Shown here in pieces: positions 38,527 through 46,355 of a stretch of DNA of 61,775 nt. The number at the start of each line of letters is the position of its first letter. Within the stretch, counting starts at the first letter, position 1. The position numbers and the translations under genes are program-made. Source of the DNA: Moraxella sp. (GTDB lineage Bacteria > Pseudomonadota > Gammaproteobacteria > Pseudomonadales > Moraxellaceae). The notes under the pieces are model-generated. The model searched no databases. It was given only the letters and a program-made list of their open reading frames with translations, and had not been told where the DNA came from. Where the stretch lies: contig JBHAZZ010000020.1 in assembly GCA_041781275.1 (NCBI GenBank), forward strand, positions 1 to 61,775. Direction: 5' to 3'.

Positions 38527-39521
38527 TACTGTTCTCCGACTAAGATTGGTTCAGGGTTGGCTGGTGGCTGATTATTGCCATAAAAATTCGCCCATAGTGC
38601 TTGTTTGGCAGGGTCTCTTAGGTTGTCTCGATGACTGGGTTTTGCTGTGTTTGGTTTGCCTTTGCTTGCTTTTTGCTTTAGCAAATCGTTTTGTAGCCAC
38701 TGGCGCAGCTTGGACGCTCGTATTTCGTCTGTACTTAACACCCCTTTACCAATCAAGGCTTGATTGGCGTAATATGCCTTAAAATCACTGACAGCGGTGT
38801 CATACATTTGCTGGGTAAGGGTTTGATAATTAACCACCCCTGCAATCATCAATGTACTTTGCATTTCTTGTAGGCTAGGTGGTGTCCAATCGTTGATGCT
38901 GGTTGAACTTAGTTGTCTAAGCTGACCTGCTTTTTCATTGACTTTTGGGTCTGGGTCAAAAACTGGGTCAAAGGCTTGTTGGTTGGCAAAGGTGGCAAAC
39001 TCTCCCGTCTGCGTAGTGTGTGTATTTATATTAATAGATGAAGGTAAAGGTAAAGGGCATTCATCAAGCATTGCTTGAGCATTGCTTGTAGCATTCTTAT
39101 TGTATGCTTGAGCATTGCTAGCTTGTGCAGGCGTGTTTGTGGCAATCTCTTGATTTACTTTGTCTTGACCGCTTTTGTTCCAACGAGCCTTTGCTGCTTT
39201 TTGTGCTCGTTCTTGTTTGGCACTTTTGTTGTGCTCCGCTTCGCTTTTCTTATCCAAAAGATAATCAGAAATCAATGAATTTCCATCATCAGATAAGCAA
39301 AAGATACCGCTGTCAATGATTGCCTTTTTAAAAAGTTTGACTTTGGCAACGGTCAGACGGGTAATGGCGCTGATGATTTTATTGTCATTGGGCACATTAC
39401 CCTTTTGCCAAAAATCCATCATCAAAAGTTGCAGACCGCCAATTTGTTCGGTGGTCAATCTGGTGGTCATGGCAAGCATATCGCCAATGTATAAGGGCAG
39501 CCAAATTGATGTACTACTCAT
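38526..39521 (-). CDS. Replication initiator with DUF1376 (YdaU-like) N-terminus
   Basis: WLPLYIGD....T.RLTTEQIG...LLM...W. Confidence 0.8.
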   Translation of the reverse strand: MSSTSIWLPLYIGDMLAMTTRLTTEQIGGLQLLMMDFWQKGNVPNDNKIISAITRLTVAKVKLFKKAIIDSGIFCLSDDGNSLISDYLLDKKSEAEHNKSAKQERAQKAAKARWNKSGQDKVNQEIATNTPAQASNAQAYNKNATSNAQAMLDECPLPLPSSININTHTTQTGEFATFANQQAFDPVFDPDPKVNEKAGQLRQLSSTSINDWTPPSLQEMQSTLMIAGVVNYQTLTQQMYDTAVSDFKAYYANQALIGKGVLSTDEIRASKLRQWLQNDLLKQKASKGKPNTAKPSHRDNLRDPAKQALWANFYGNNQPPANPEPILVGEQ

Positions 39522-40167
39522 TTACACAACTCCTTCACTAATCATCTGTTCAATCACCCACATCTCGCCTGCATGGGTAAATAAGGCTTGATCAAAGCCC
39601 AGTTCAGTTTGTTTCATCTGACCATAGCCACGTTCAATAAACCATGTATTAAATACCTTGCCACGCTTTACCAATTGGTTATATACGCCAAGTTCGCACA
39701 AATGGCGGTTTAGCATGACAGCGGACATCTTGATTTTGCTTGCCACCTGTGTGGCATTGATAAGGTTTTGGCGCTGCACCACACGGTCATAATGGGCGAC
39801 TTTAGGGGCGTTAATGCTCGCCTGTCGCTCCAAGGCAAGGCGTTTTTCCATTTCATCGGCATAGGCACGCAAGGCATCAGGGTAAGTTTGGGGGATTGGT
39901 GGCTGGGCAGTTTCTAATTCTTGCCAACGTTTGATGATTGCCATACGCAATTTGGCGTTATAGCCTGCGACCAAGCAAAGGCAAGTTTCCTTGTCTAGCA
40001 AATACTCTGTTTGCTCACGGTTCATGCTGTCTAAATAGATGTGCTGAAAAGTTAGCACATCTAAGTTGAGCTGCTGGCACATATGACGAATGTCGTTCTT
40101 TATGGCACAAAGTGGCAATTTCACGACTGGACATGGTGGGAGCGGTAGGAAGTAGCATTGGGGTCAT
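39522..40167 (-). pseudogene. Rha-family / KilA-C antirepressor, frameshifted near 40100
   Basis: ATG 40167 gives ...TMSSREIATLCHKE; KNDIRHM...YLLDKE..AGYNAKLRMAIIKRWQELE...APKVAHYD is in another frame. Confidence 0.8.
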
Positions 40168-40178
40168 GGGGAGTTCCT

Positions 40179-40445
40179 TTATGGTTTGTCTACTTGTTGG
40201 CTGTTGGTTTGATAAAGGGTTTTAAGACAGTCCAGCTCGTCTTTAGCATTCGGGCATAAATCCAACGCCTTAAATTCGCCATTAGTCAAAATCTCAATCT
40301 TTAATGCATTATATGGTTCTATGCCACAACGATTGTTCAGCCACTGACTAATCGCTGATTGACTGATATCCAATGCCTTGCCAAGCTTGTCTTGTGAGCC
40401 AAAATGCGCTATCACCCTTTGAATTATTTGATTCTTTGATTTCAT
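40179..40445 (-). CDS. Cro/YdaS-like HTH regulator
   Basis: FGSQDKLGKALDISQSAISQW, IEILTNGEFKALDLCP; divergent from cI. Confidence 0.88.
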   Translation of the reverse strand: MKSKNQIIQRVIAHFGSQDKLGKALDISQSAISQWLNNRCGIEPYNALKIEILTNGEFKALDLCPNAKDELDCLKTLYQTNSQQVDKP

Positions 40446-40475
40446 GAAATCTATCTCACGCAAAATATAAGTATT

Positions 40476-40546
40476 ATAAGTTTACTCATTAAAAAAATCA
40501 ACAATGAAATGAGTTTACTTATTTGTTATAATATAAGCGGTCTTAT
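40476..40546. promoter_or_regulatory. OR-like operators (three)
   Basis: ATAAGTTTACTCAT 40476, ATGAGTTTACTTAT 40509, ATAAGCGGTCTTAT 40533. Confidence 0.75.
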
Positions 40547-40577
40547 ATAATATGTCTTACATTATTTGGAGTTTGAT

Positions 40578-41297
40578 ATGGAACTCAAAGACAGACTAAA
40601 GTTAGCCCGAAAACAAAAAAACTTAAGTCAAGCAGCTGTTGCAGAAAACATTGAAGGGCTTTCACAGTCAGCTTACAGTCAGCTTGAAAGCGGACGCAGT
40701 AAGACCACAACAAAATTTATAGAGCTGGCAAAGTTGTTTGATGTAAATGCTGAATGGCTCGCCACTGGCGAAGGCACCATGAACACGCCTGCCCTACAAT
40801 CCAATATCAGCCCACAGTTTAGACAGATTGATGATTGGACATACAGCACCCCGCTAGAAGGCGATGAAATAGAAGTGCCGTTTTATAAGGATTTTGCTTT
40901 TGCTTGCGGTCATGGGGCGGTGGGCGTGGCTTATAGCAATGAATGGCATAAGCTGCGAATCAATAGACGAATTATTGATCGCATTGGCTCAAACAGGGAT
41001 AGGATATTTGCCACCGTTGCCGATGGCGATAGTATGAGCCCTACCATCAATGACGGCGATACAATATGGGTGGATACGTCCAAAGAAAACATCAAAGACG
41101 GCAAAATTTTTGTCTTTGAATACGGCGGTATGTATATGTGCAAAAGGCTGTACCGCCTACCCAACAATGGCTTACGCTTGGTCAGTGATAACAGTGATGA
41201 ATATGCCGAGATGGTAATTACAGGGGAAGAACGCATTGCCAATGAGTTTCGCTTGATAGGTTGGGTGTTTCATTGGTCAGTCCTGGAATGGTGGTGA
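40578..41297 (+). CDS. cI: CI-like repressor (HTH + S24 peptidase)
   Basis: LSQSAYSQLESG HTH, ACG cleavage site, GDSMSP, CKRL. Confidence 0.93.
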   Translation: MELKDRLKLARKQKNLSQAAVAENIEGLSQSAYSQLESGRSKTTTKFIELAKLFDVNAEWLATGEGTMNTPALQSNISPQFRQIDDWTYSTPLEGDEIEVPFYKDFAFACGHGAVGVAYSNEWHKLRINRRIIDRIGSNRDRIFATVADGDSMSPTINDGDTIWVDTSKENIKDGKIFVFEYGGMYMCKRLYRLPNNGLRLVSDNSDEYAEMVITGEERIANEFRLIGWVFHWSVLEWW

Positions 41298-41318
41298 TAA
41301 GCAAGTTTGGAGCAAAAC

Positions 41319-41798
41319 ATGGTTGATATACATAATGGTTATCAGTTTTTGACCCCCATTGTTGGGGAAAGCCATTATTTTGATGTCTTAAAACGGTGTT
41401 ATTTTGATGAAAACGCCTACCGCAAAGGAAAAGCTGTATTTATTGATGTGCGCTTATATATGGAAGATGACAACCCCTATGACAATCAGGCGGTGGCAGT
41501 CATTTCACCTTATGGGACTATTGGGCATCTATCACGCAACATCGCCAGACGTTACCGACAAGACTACCCCAAAGACAGCTGTCAAAATTTAAGCGTGCGA
41601 GCCAAGATTTATAGTAGTAATGGTGAGATATTTGGGGTATGGGTTGATTTAGAATATGACGAAAACACCCGACCTAGAAGGGACAAAACTGCCAATAACA
41701 GCACCAAAACCCAAAAGACCGTTACAGCCACCAAAACCCAAATACATACACCCACACCCAAAAAGAAAGGGCTGTTGGCAAGGCTATTTAACTTATAG
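41319..41798 (+). CDS. HIRAN-domain protein
   Basis: IVGESHY...EDDNPYDNQAVAV...IGHL. Confidence 0.75.
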   Translation: MVDIHNGYQFLTPIVGESHYFDVLKRCYFDENAYRKGKAVFIDVRLYMEDDNPYDNQAVAVISPYGTIGHLSRNIARRYRQDYPKDSCQNLSVRAKIYSSNGEIFGVWVDLEYDENTRPRRDKTANNSTKTQKTVTATKTQIHTPTPKKKGLLARLFNL

Positions 41799-41886
41799 TT
41801 TTAACCACTGTGAAGTACTCGCCTACTCTTATTAGAAATAAGAGTGGCAACAAACAACAATGTAATCCAACTAAAAGGAGTGATTT

Positions 41887-42138
41887 ATGAAATCCGTGAT
41901 TAATTTATTAGTGCTTGCCTTGACCGCTTTGGCGCTTGTCATCAGCACGCCTGCCATTGCCAAAGGTAAGCGTAGCAGTAGCAAAGGTGGTAGCTCGTCA
42001 GGTTATGTCAGCAGCGGCGGTGGCAAAGGCAATAAACCCTGTAGTGGCAGCAAAGGTGGTATTAAAGCTTGTACTGCCAATGGCAAGTTTTTATGTAATG
42101 ATGGCACAATCAGCAAGTCTAAGCGTGTCTGCTCTTAA
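41887..42138 (+). CDS. Small secreted Cys-containing protein (YdcA-like)
   Basis: Signal peptide; [29 protein letters not shown]. Confidence 0.75.
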   Translation: MKSVINLLVLALTALALVISTPAIAKGKRSSSKGGSSSGYVSSGGGKGNKPCSGSKGGIKACTANGKFLCNDGTISKSKRVCS

Positions 42139-42261
42139 TCTTCGATAGCCTGTCTAATTGCCCTAAACGACTTTTACGCCCAATAGACAGCCGTATACGT
42201 CTCTTTGGAGTATTGGGCGTAGCGATAGAGCATGGACGCTTAAAAAAAGTAGGAATAAAAA

Positions 42262-42858
42262 ATGGAAGAATACTATCAGCAACATCTTTGGGCAGGTAAA
42301 GATTTAACAGAATTTAAAGGAGCAAAAGGGCTAAAATATAATTTTATTGCAGAGACAGTCAATCAATTGCATCATGGCAATAACCTGATAAATAATGGAA
42401 TTTTTGACCGAAGTGATGATGATTTGTTATACTGCGCCATTACAGAAATGCTGATTATTGTGCGAAGTTTGGGCGAAAAATACCGTATTATCACCAATGA
42501 TTATCGCCCACTATATAATACCATTCGTCAGTTTCGCAATGCGGTGTGTCATACCGATTCTCAGTTTAATACTGATGGTTGTTTGGTGTTGCAGATTGTG
42601 CCTATACCCATCATGTCATCTACAGGCATGCCCAATATTCTACATAGAGAAGACGGCACCATAGACTTATCACAAATCCACAATACTGATGAGATTAAGC
42701 TGCTTATGGGTCAAAAGCCCCTACTTATTCATGCCAAATTATTGGCAGAATTTAATTATCTGCAAGATTTCTTTTGGTCTCATATGCCATCAGAACATGA
42801 GTTTTTTCTCAAGACTCAACAACACAAGCAACATAATCATCAATCAAACGCCCAATAG
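42262..42858 (+). CDS. Hypothetical protein with HEPN-like R-x4-H motif
   Basis: IRQFRNAVCH; AGGA RBS. Confidence 0.55.
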   Translation: MEEYYQQHLWAGKDLTEFKGAKGLKYNFIAETVNQLHHGNNLINNGIFDRSDDDLLYCAITEMLIIVRSLGEKYRIITNDYRPLYNTIRQFRNAVCHTDSQFNTDGCLVLQIVPIPIMSSTGMPNILHREDGTIDLSQIHNTDEIKLLMGQKPLLIHAKLLAEFNYLQDFFWSHMPSEHEFFLKTQQHKQHNHQSNAQ

Positions 42859-43099
42859 CCTGTAGTGTTGAAGTATCCGCAGTTGCTAAATCGTCTTTAC
42901 AATAACTGTTGATTGCTGTTATTAGGCGTGCTTTTTCTACACCGCAAACATCGGCAATATTGGTATGATACCCTACTTGTTTTAATCCCAAATATATAAA
43001 CTCTACTGCTTGCGGAGTGTCTAGCTGAACCAACCTTGCACAAGGGGGTACAAACTCCACTGAAAGACCATCACCAATCGTTTTTTCCAACATCTCCAC
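42809..43099 (-). CDS. Hypothetical protein
   Basis: 96-aa ORF converging on and overlapping 42262-42858. Confidence 0.45.
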   Translation of the reverse strand: MEMLEKTIGDGLSVEFVPPCARLVQLDTPQAVEFIYLGLKQVGYHTNIADVCGVEKARLITAINSYCKDDLATADTSTLQAIGRLIDDYVACVVES

Positions 43100-43191
43100 C
43101 CTTAATTTTGACTTTTGTTATATTTTAGCATAGACCGTCATTTTTGGCGGTTTTTTATTTCCTTTAAAATCATTGGTCTATGGATTTTTTA

Positions 43192-43251
43192 ATCAGTAAA
43201 CTTATTTTTTACTCATATTTTATTGACTCAAATAATAAGTATGCTTATAAT
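43192..43251 (+). promoter_or_regulatory. PL-like promoter with OL-like operators
   Basis: TTGACT-N17-TATAAT (43223-43251); ATCAGTAAACTTAT 43192 and ATAAGTATGCTTAT 43235 match the OR consensus. Confidence 0.75.
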
Positions 43252-43284
43252 ATCCCCAACAACCCAACAAAAAAGGAAATCCCC

Positions 43285-43503
43285 ATGCCCAAACTCCTAA
43301 TCCAAATCCTTATCTTGGCACTCGTACTTGTGCTGTCCGTGGTGTCGCTGATGTTTTGCCTATATCACTACGACCGTGAATTACAGCTTAAAGACGAATA
43401 TATCCAACGTGAATATGTCCGCCCAAATCTGTATTGCAAGACACACGACTGTAGCCAATTAAGCCATCAAGAAATCATCGCATTGGCTGACACGATGGAG
43501 TAA
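43285..43503 (+). CDS. Small membrane-anchored early protein
   Basis: AAGGA RBS, N-terminal TM. Confidence 0.6.
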   Translation: MPKLLIQILILALVLVLSVVSLMFCLYHYDRELQLKDEYIQREYVRPNLYCKTHDCSQLSHQEIIALADTME

Positions 43504-43506
43504 CTC

Positions 43507-43752
43507 ATGGAACGTATACCGCAAATGAAATCTTTTAGCTGTCGTGAATATCAAAGCATTCAAGAAGCCAAAGCTGAACTACACGCCAAAAGAAACATTT
43601 ATAGAGTACTTGCCATGCAGCGTGGCGGTGGTATTGATTTGGCACGCCTGCACAGACAGGCTGGATTGTCTGTCAAGACTGTCAAGGCGATGATCGCCAA
43701 GATGGGTGATGTGGAATGTAGAGATGGTTGGTATTTTTTAAAACCTGAATGA
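43507..43752 (+). CDS. Hypothetical early protein, possible winged HTH
   Basis: GGAG RBS; LARLHRQAGLSVKTVK. Confidence 0.55.
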   Translation: MERIPQMKSFSCREYQSIQEAKAELHAKRNIYRVLAMQRGGGIDLARLHRQAGLSVKTVKAMIAKMGDVECRDGWYFLKPE

Positions 43753-43780
43753 AATCAATATTTTTAAATTGGAGTAAAAG

Positions 43781-44287
43781 ATGAACACACCAAAAACTTT
43801 TAAAGCGGGCGATAAAGTGTATTGTCCAGAGCTGTCCCATAAATTACTGACTGTGCTTAAAAATACCCGCTGCCTAGATGAATTTCGCAAGCTGATGGTC
43901 GGTATTCCACAAAGCGCAGCAGCGGATTTTGTTTATGTAGGAGAGTGTGGCAAGAACAGTCCATACTGCAATGCACCCACCATCATTCATGCAACAACAG
44001 AAAATCACGCTTTGCTTGAACAGTTGTATGGTATTTTATTTGAAGAACCACCAAGTGCTTATGAAATCGTTGGGCAACTTCTTCAAAAGAAAAAGATGGT
44101 GGCGTGTTATTTAAGCAACACCAATGAAAACCCAAATGCTTTTGATTATCAAGGCTTTGTAACAAAAGCAGACTTTGATGACGAAGGCGCTCCTTGCTTT
44201 TATACCACAAACCCCGATCAGAGCTTTGCATACGCCACACCCATTGATCTGGACACAGGGGCTGTGATTACAACAGGCTTTGAATAA
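43781..44287 (+). CDS. Hypothetical early protein
   Basis: GGAG RBS; FKAGDKVYCP. Confidence 0.7.
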   Translation: MNTPKTFKAGDKVYCPELSHKLLTVLKNTRCLDEFRKLMVGIPQSAAADFVYVGECGKNSPYCNAPTIIHATTENHALLEQLYGILFEEPPSAYEIVGQLLQKKKMVACYLSNTNENPNAFDYQGFVTKADFDDEGAPCFYTTNPDQSFAYATPIDLDTGAVITTGFE

Positions 44288-44351
44288 GGTCTGTTTAATT
44301 TTGTCTCACTACAGTAACAACGAACTTTCCATCATAATTTAAGGGGCAATC

Positions 44352-44549
44352 ATGAATCCTTTAGAAAAACCGCTTGATCGCTTACTGAAACTCAAAGAAG
44401 TTGAAGAAATGATTGGCTTTAAAAAAGACTTTATTTATCTTCGTATCAAAAAGCAACAATTTCCCAAGCCGATAATTTTTGATCGTGCGTCCCGTTGGAA
44501 GCTGTCAGACATTCAACGCTGGATAAATGAACTCAGCAGTGAGACTTAA
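44352..44549 (+). CDS. AlpA-family excisionase/regulator
   Basis: RLLKLKEVEEMIG....IY..IK...FPKP....RASRW..SDI..WI; next to right att. Confidence 0.9.
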   Translation: MNPLEKPLDRLLKLKEVEEMIGFKKDFIYLRIKKQQFPKPIIFDRASRWKLSDIQRWINELSSET

Positions 44550-44586
44550 AAAAAAGACCCTACCGACATGGTAGGGTTTTGCTTTT

Positions 44587-44605
44587 GTAGTATGATAGGT
44601 AATAT
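44587..44605 (+). repeat. Probable integrase arm-type site, right
   Basis: gtagtatgataggtaatat, 18/19 identical to 6639-6657. Confidence 0.65.
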
Positions 44606-44653
44606 TTTTAGAGATATACAAGAAAATATCTTTTAAAATCATAAATATAAGTT

Positions 44654-44677
44654 TTACAAACCAATTTCACCAATAAA
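44654..44677 (+). repeat. Right att site: reconstituted hpt 3' end
   Basis: ttacaaaccaatttcaccaataaa. Confidence 0.88.
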
Positions 44678-45196
44678 CGGTAAATGACGATATTTTTGTT
44701 CATAATCCAAACCATAACCCACGATAAATCTGTCTTCTACTTCAAACCCCAAAAATTTAACAGGCAGCTCTATTTCACGGCGTGATGGCTTAGAGACCAG
44801 TGTACAAATTTCAATGGAATTAGGCTCACGGGTTTTTAGCATTTCCATCACTTTTGCCAACGTTCGTCCAGAGTCAATAATGTCTTCCACAATCAAAACA
44901 TCTTTACCAGAAATAGAACTGTCCAAATCTTTTAAAATCTTCACATCACCACTAGATACCGTACCTTTGGCATAACTGGACGCTGTCATAAAATCCAATT
45001 CATGCGGTTTATTAATAACCCGACACAAATCTGCCATAAATACCACCGAACCACGAAGCAGCCCCACCAATACCAATTCTTTATCGCTGTTTTGATAATA
45101 GGCATTAATTTCATGGCCAAGCTCGGCAATACGTTCGGCAATGGCTTCAGCGCTTATCATGACATTTAAAGTTAGTGTATCGGCTGATGTATTCAT
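44654..45196 (-). CDS. hpt: Hypoxanthine phosphoribosyltransferase
   Basis: [18 protein letters not shown] motif, FIVGYGLDY. Confidence 0.96.
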   Translation of the reverse strand: MNTSADTLTLNVMISAEAIAERIAELGHEINAYYQNSDKELVLVGLLRGSVVFMADLCRVINKPHELDFMTASSYAKGTVSSGDVKILKDLDSSISGKDVLIVEDIIDSGRTLAKVMEMLKTREPNSIEICTLVSKPSRREIELPVKFLGFEVEDRFIVGYGLDYEQKYRHLPFIGEIGL

Positions 45197-45237
45197 AAAT
45201 CAATCTCTTTGATAAAGTTTAGTGTACAAATATAAAA

Positions 45238-46308
45238 TTAATCAATCACAGGATTAATCACAGGAATTTTATTAAATTTGGGATTAAAAGTTTGCACTTG
45301 TGGATTGGTTGGCAGCCCCATATCCGCCAATGCGTCCGCCACGCCCACCTGAATTTTATCGCCTTCAAAAAGACGGGTATTGTCATCACGCTGGGCTGTT
45401 AAATTTTCAAAATCAAAAAGCTCTCTGTCCGCCAATTGACTGGGGGCAACATTTTGCAAAGCCTTAAACATACTCGCCAAACGTTTGGGGTGCGCATTAT
45501 CCCATTCACGCAGCATATCATTAATCATTGCCCGTTGTAGATTTTCTTGGCTGCCACATAATCCGCATGGAATGATGGGGAATTTTTTATAATTGGCATA
45601 TTTGATGATGTCTTTTTCGGCAACATACGCCAGTGGACGAATTAACACATTTTGTTTGTCATCGGACAATAATTTTGGCGGCATAGCTTTTAATGAACCG
45701 CCATGAAATAAATTCAAAAAGAAAGTCGCCAAAATGTCATCACGGTGATGACCAAGGGCAATTTTGGTAGCGCCAATTTGTTTGGCAAATCCATATAACG
45801 AACCACGGCGCAATCTTGAACACGCAGAACAATAAGTTTTGCCTTCAGGAACCACACTTTTGACAATGCTATAAGTGTCTTTTTCCAAAATATAATGCGC
45901 AATGCCTTGTTCATTTAAATAATTGGGCAATACGTCTTCTGGAAAATTGGGCTGTTTTTGATCCAAATTCACCGCCACCACTTCAAAATTAATCGGGGCA
46001 ATGCGTTTTAAAAACAATAAAATATCCAGCAAGGTAAAACTGTCTTTACCGCCAGAAATACATACCATCACCACATCGCCATCTTCGATCATATTAAAAT
46101 CACGAATTGCCCATGAAACTTCTTTACGCAGTTTCTTTTGTAATTTTTTAAAGCGAGCGGATTTAATGCCATCGTCAAAATCTAAAATGGCACTTTCGTT
46201 TTGATCTTCGTCATGACCGTCATCAGTAGTATCATCTAATGATTCACTTTTTTGGGTTAAAGCGTCAATAATTTCTTTGTGTTCTTGATTATTTTGGTCT
46301 GGGTGCAT
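45238..46308 (-). CDS. ttcA: tRNA 2-thiocytidine synthase
   Basis: [28 protein letters not shown]. Confidence 0.95.
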   Translation of the reverse strand: MHPDQNNQEHKEIIDALTQKSESLDDTTDDGHDEDQNESAILDFDDGIKSARFKKLQKKLRKEVSWAIRDFNMIEDGDVVMVCISGGKDSFTLLDILLFLKRIAPINFEVVAVNLDQKQPNFPEDVLPNYLNEQGIAHYILEKDTYSIVKSVVPEGKTYCSACSRLRRGSLYGFAKQIGATKIALGHHRDDILATFFLNLFHGGSLKAMPPKLLSDDKQNVLIRPLAYVAEKDIIKYANYKKFPIIPCGLCGSQENLQRAMINDMLREWDNAHPKRLASMFKALQNVAPSQLADRELFDFENLTAQRDDNTRLFEGDKIQVGVADALADMGLPTNPQVQTFNPKFNKIPVINPVID

Positions 46309-46355
46309 AAATTACTCTTTAAAAACTGCCATCAATGAAATTCAAACAAAACCCA

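Larger units (their letters stand above)
6487..44677. mobile_element. Prophage, HK97/lambda-like siphovirus, integrated in hpt
   Basis: Integrase, lysis, tail, head, terminase, replication, cro/cI and AlpA modules bounded by a 24-bp imperfect direct repeat of the hpt 3' end. Confidence 0.95.

Noticed and set aside
42176-42858. acgcccaatag occurs both upstream and at the end of the HEPN-like gene
   Set aside because: 11 bp only, no transposase or other ends; insufficient for a target-site duplication.
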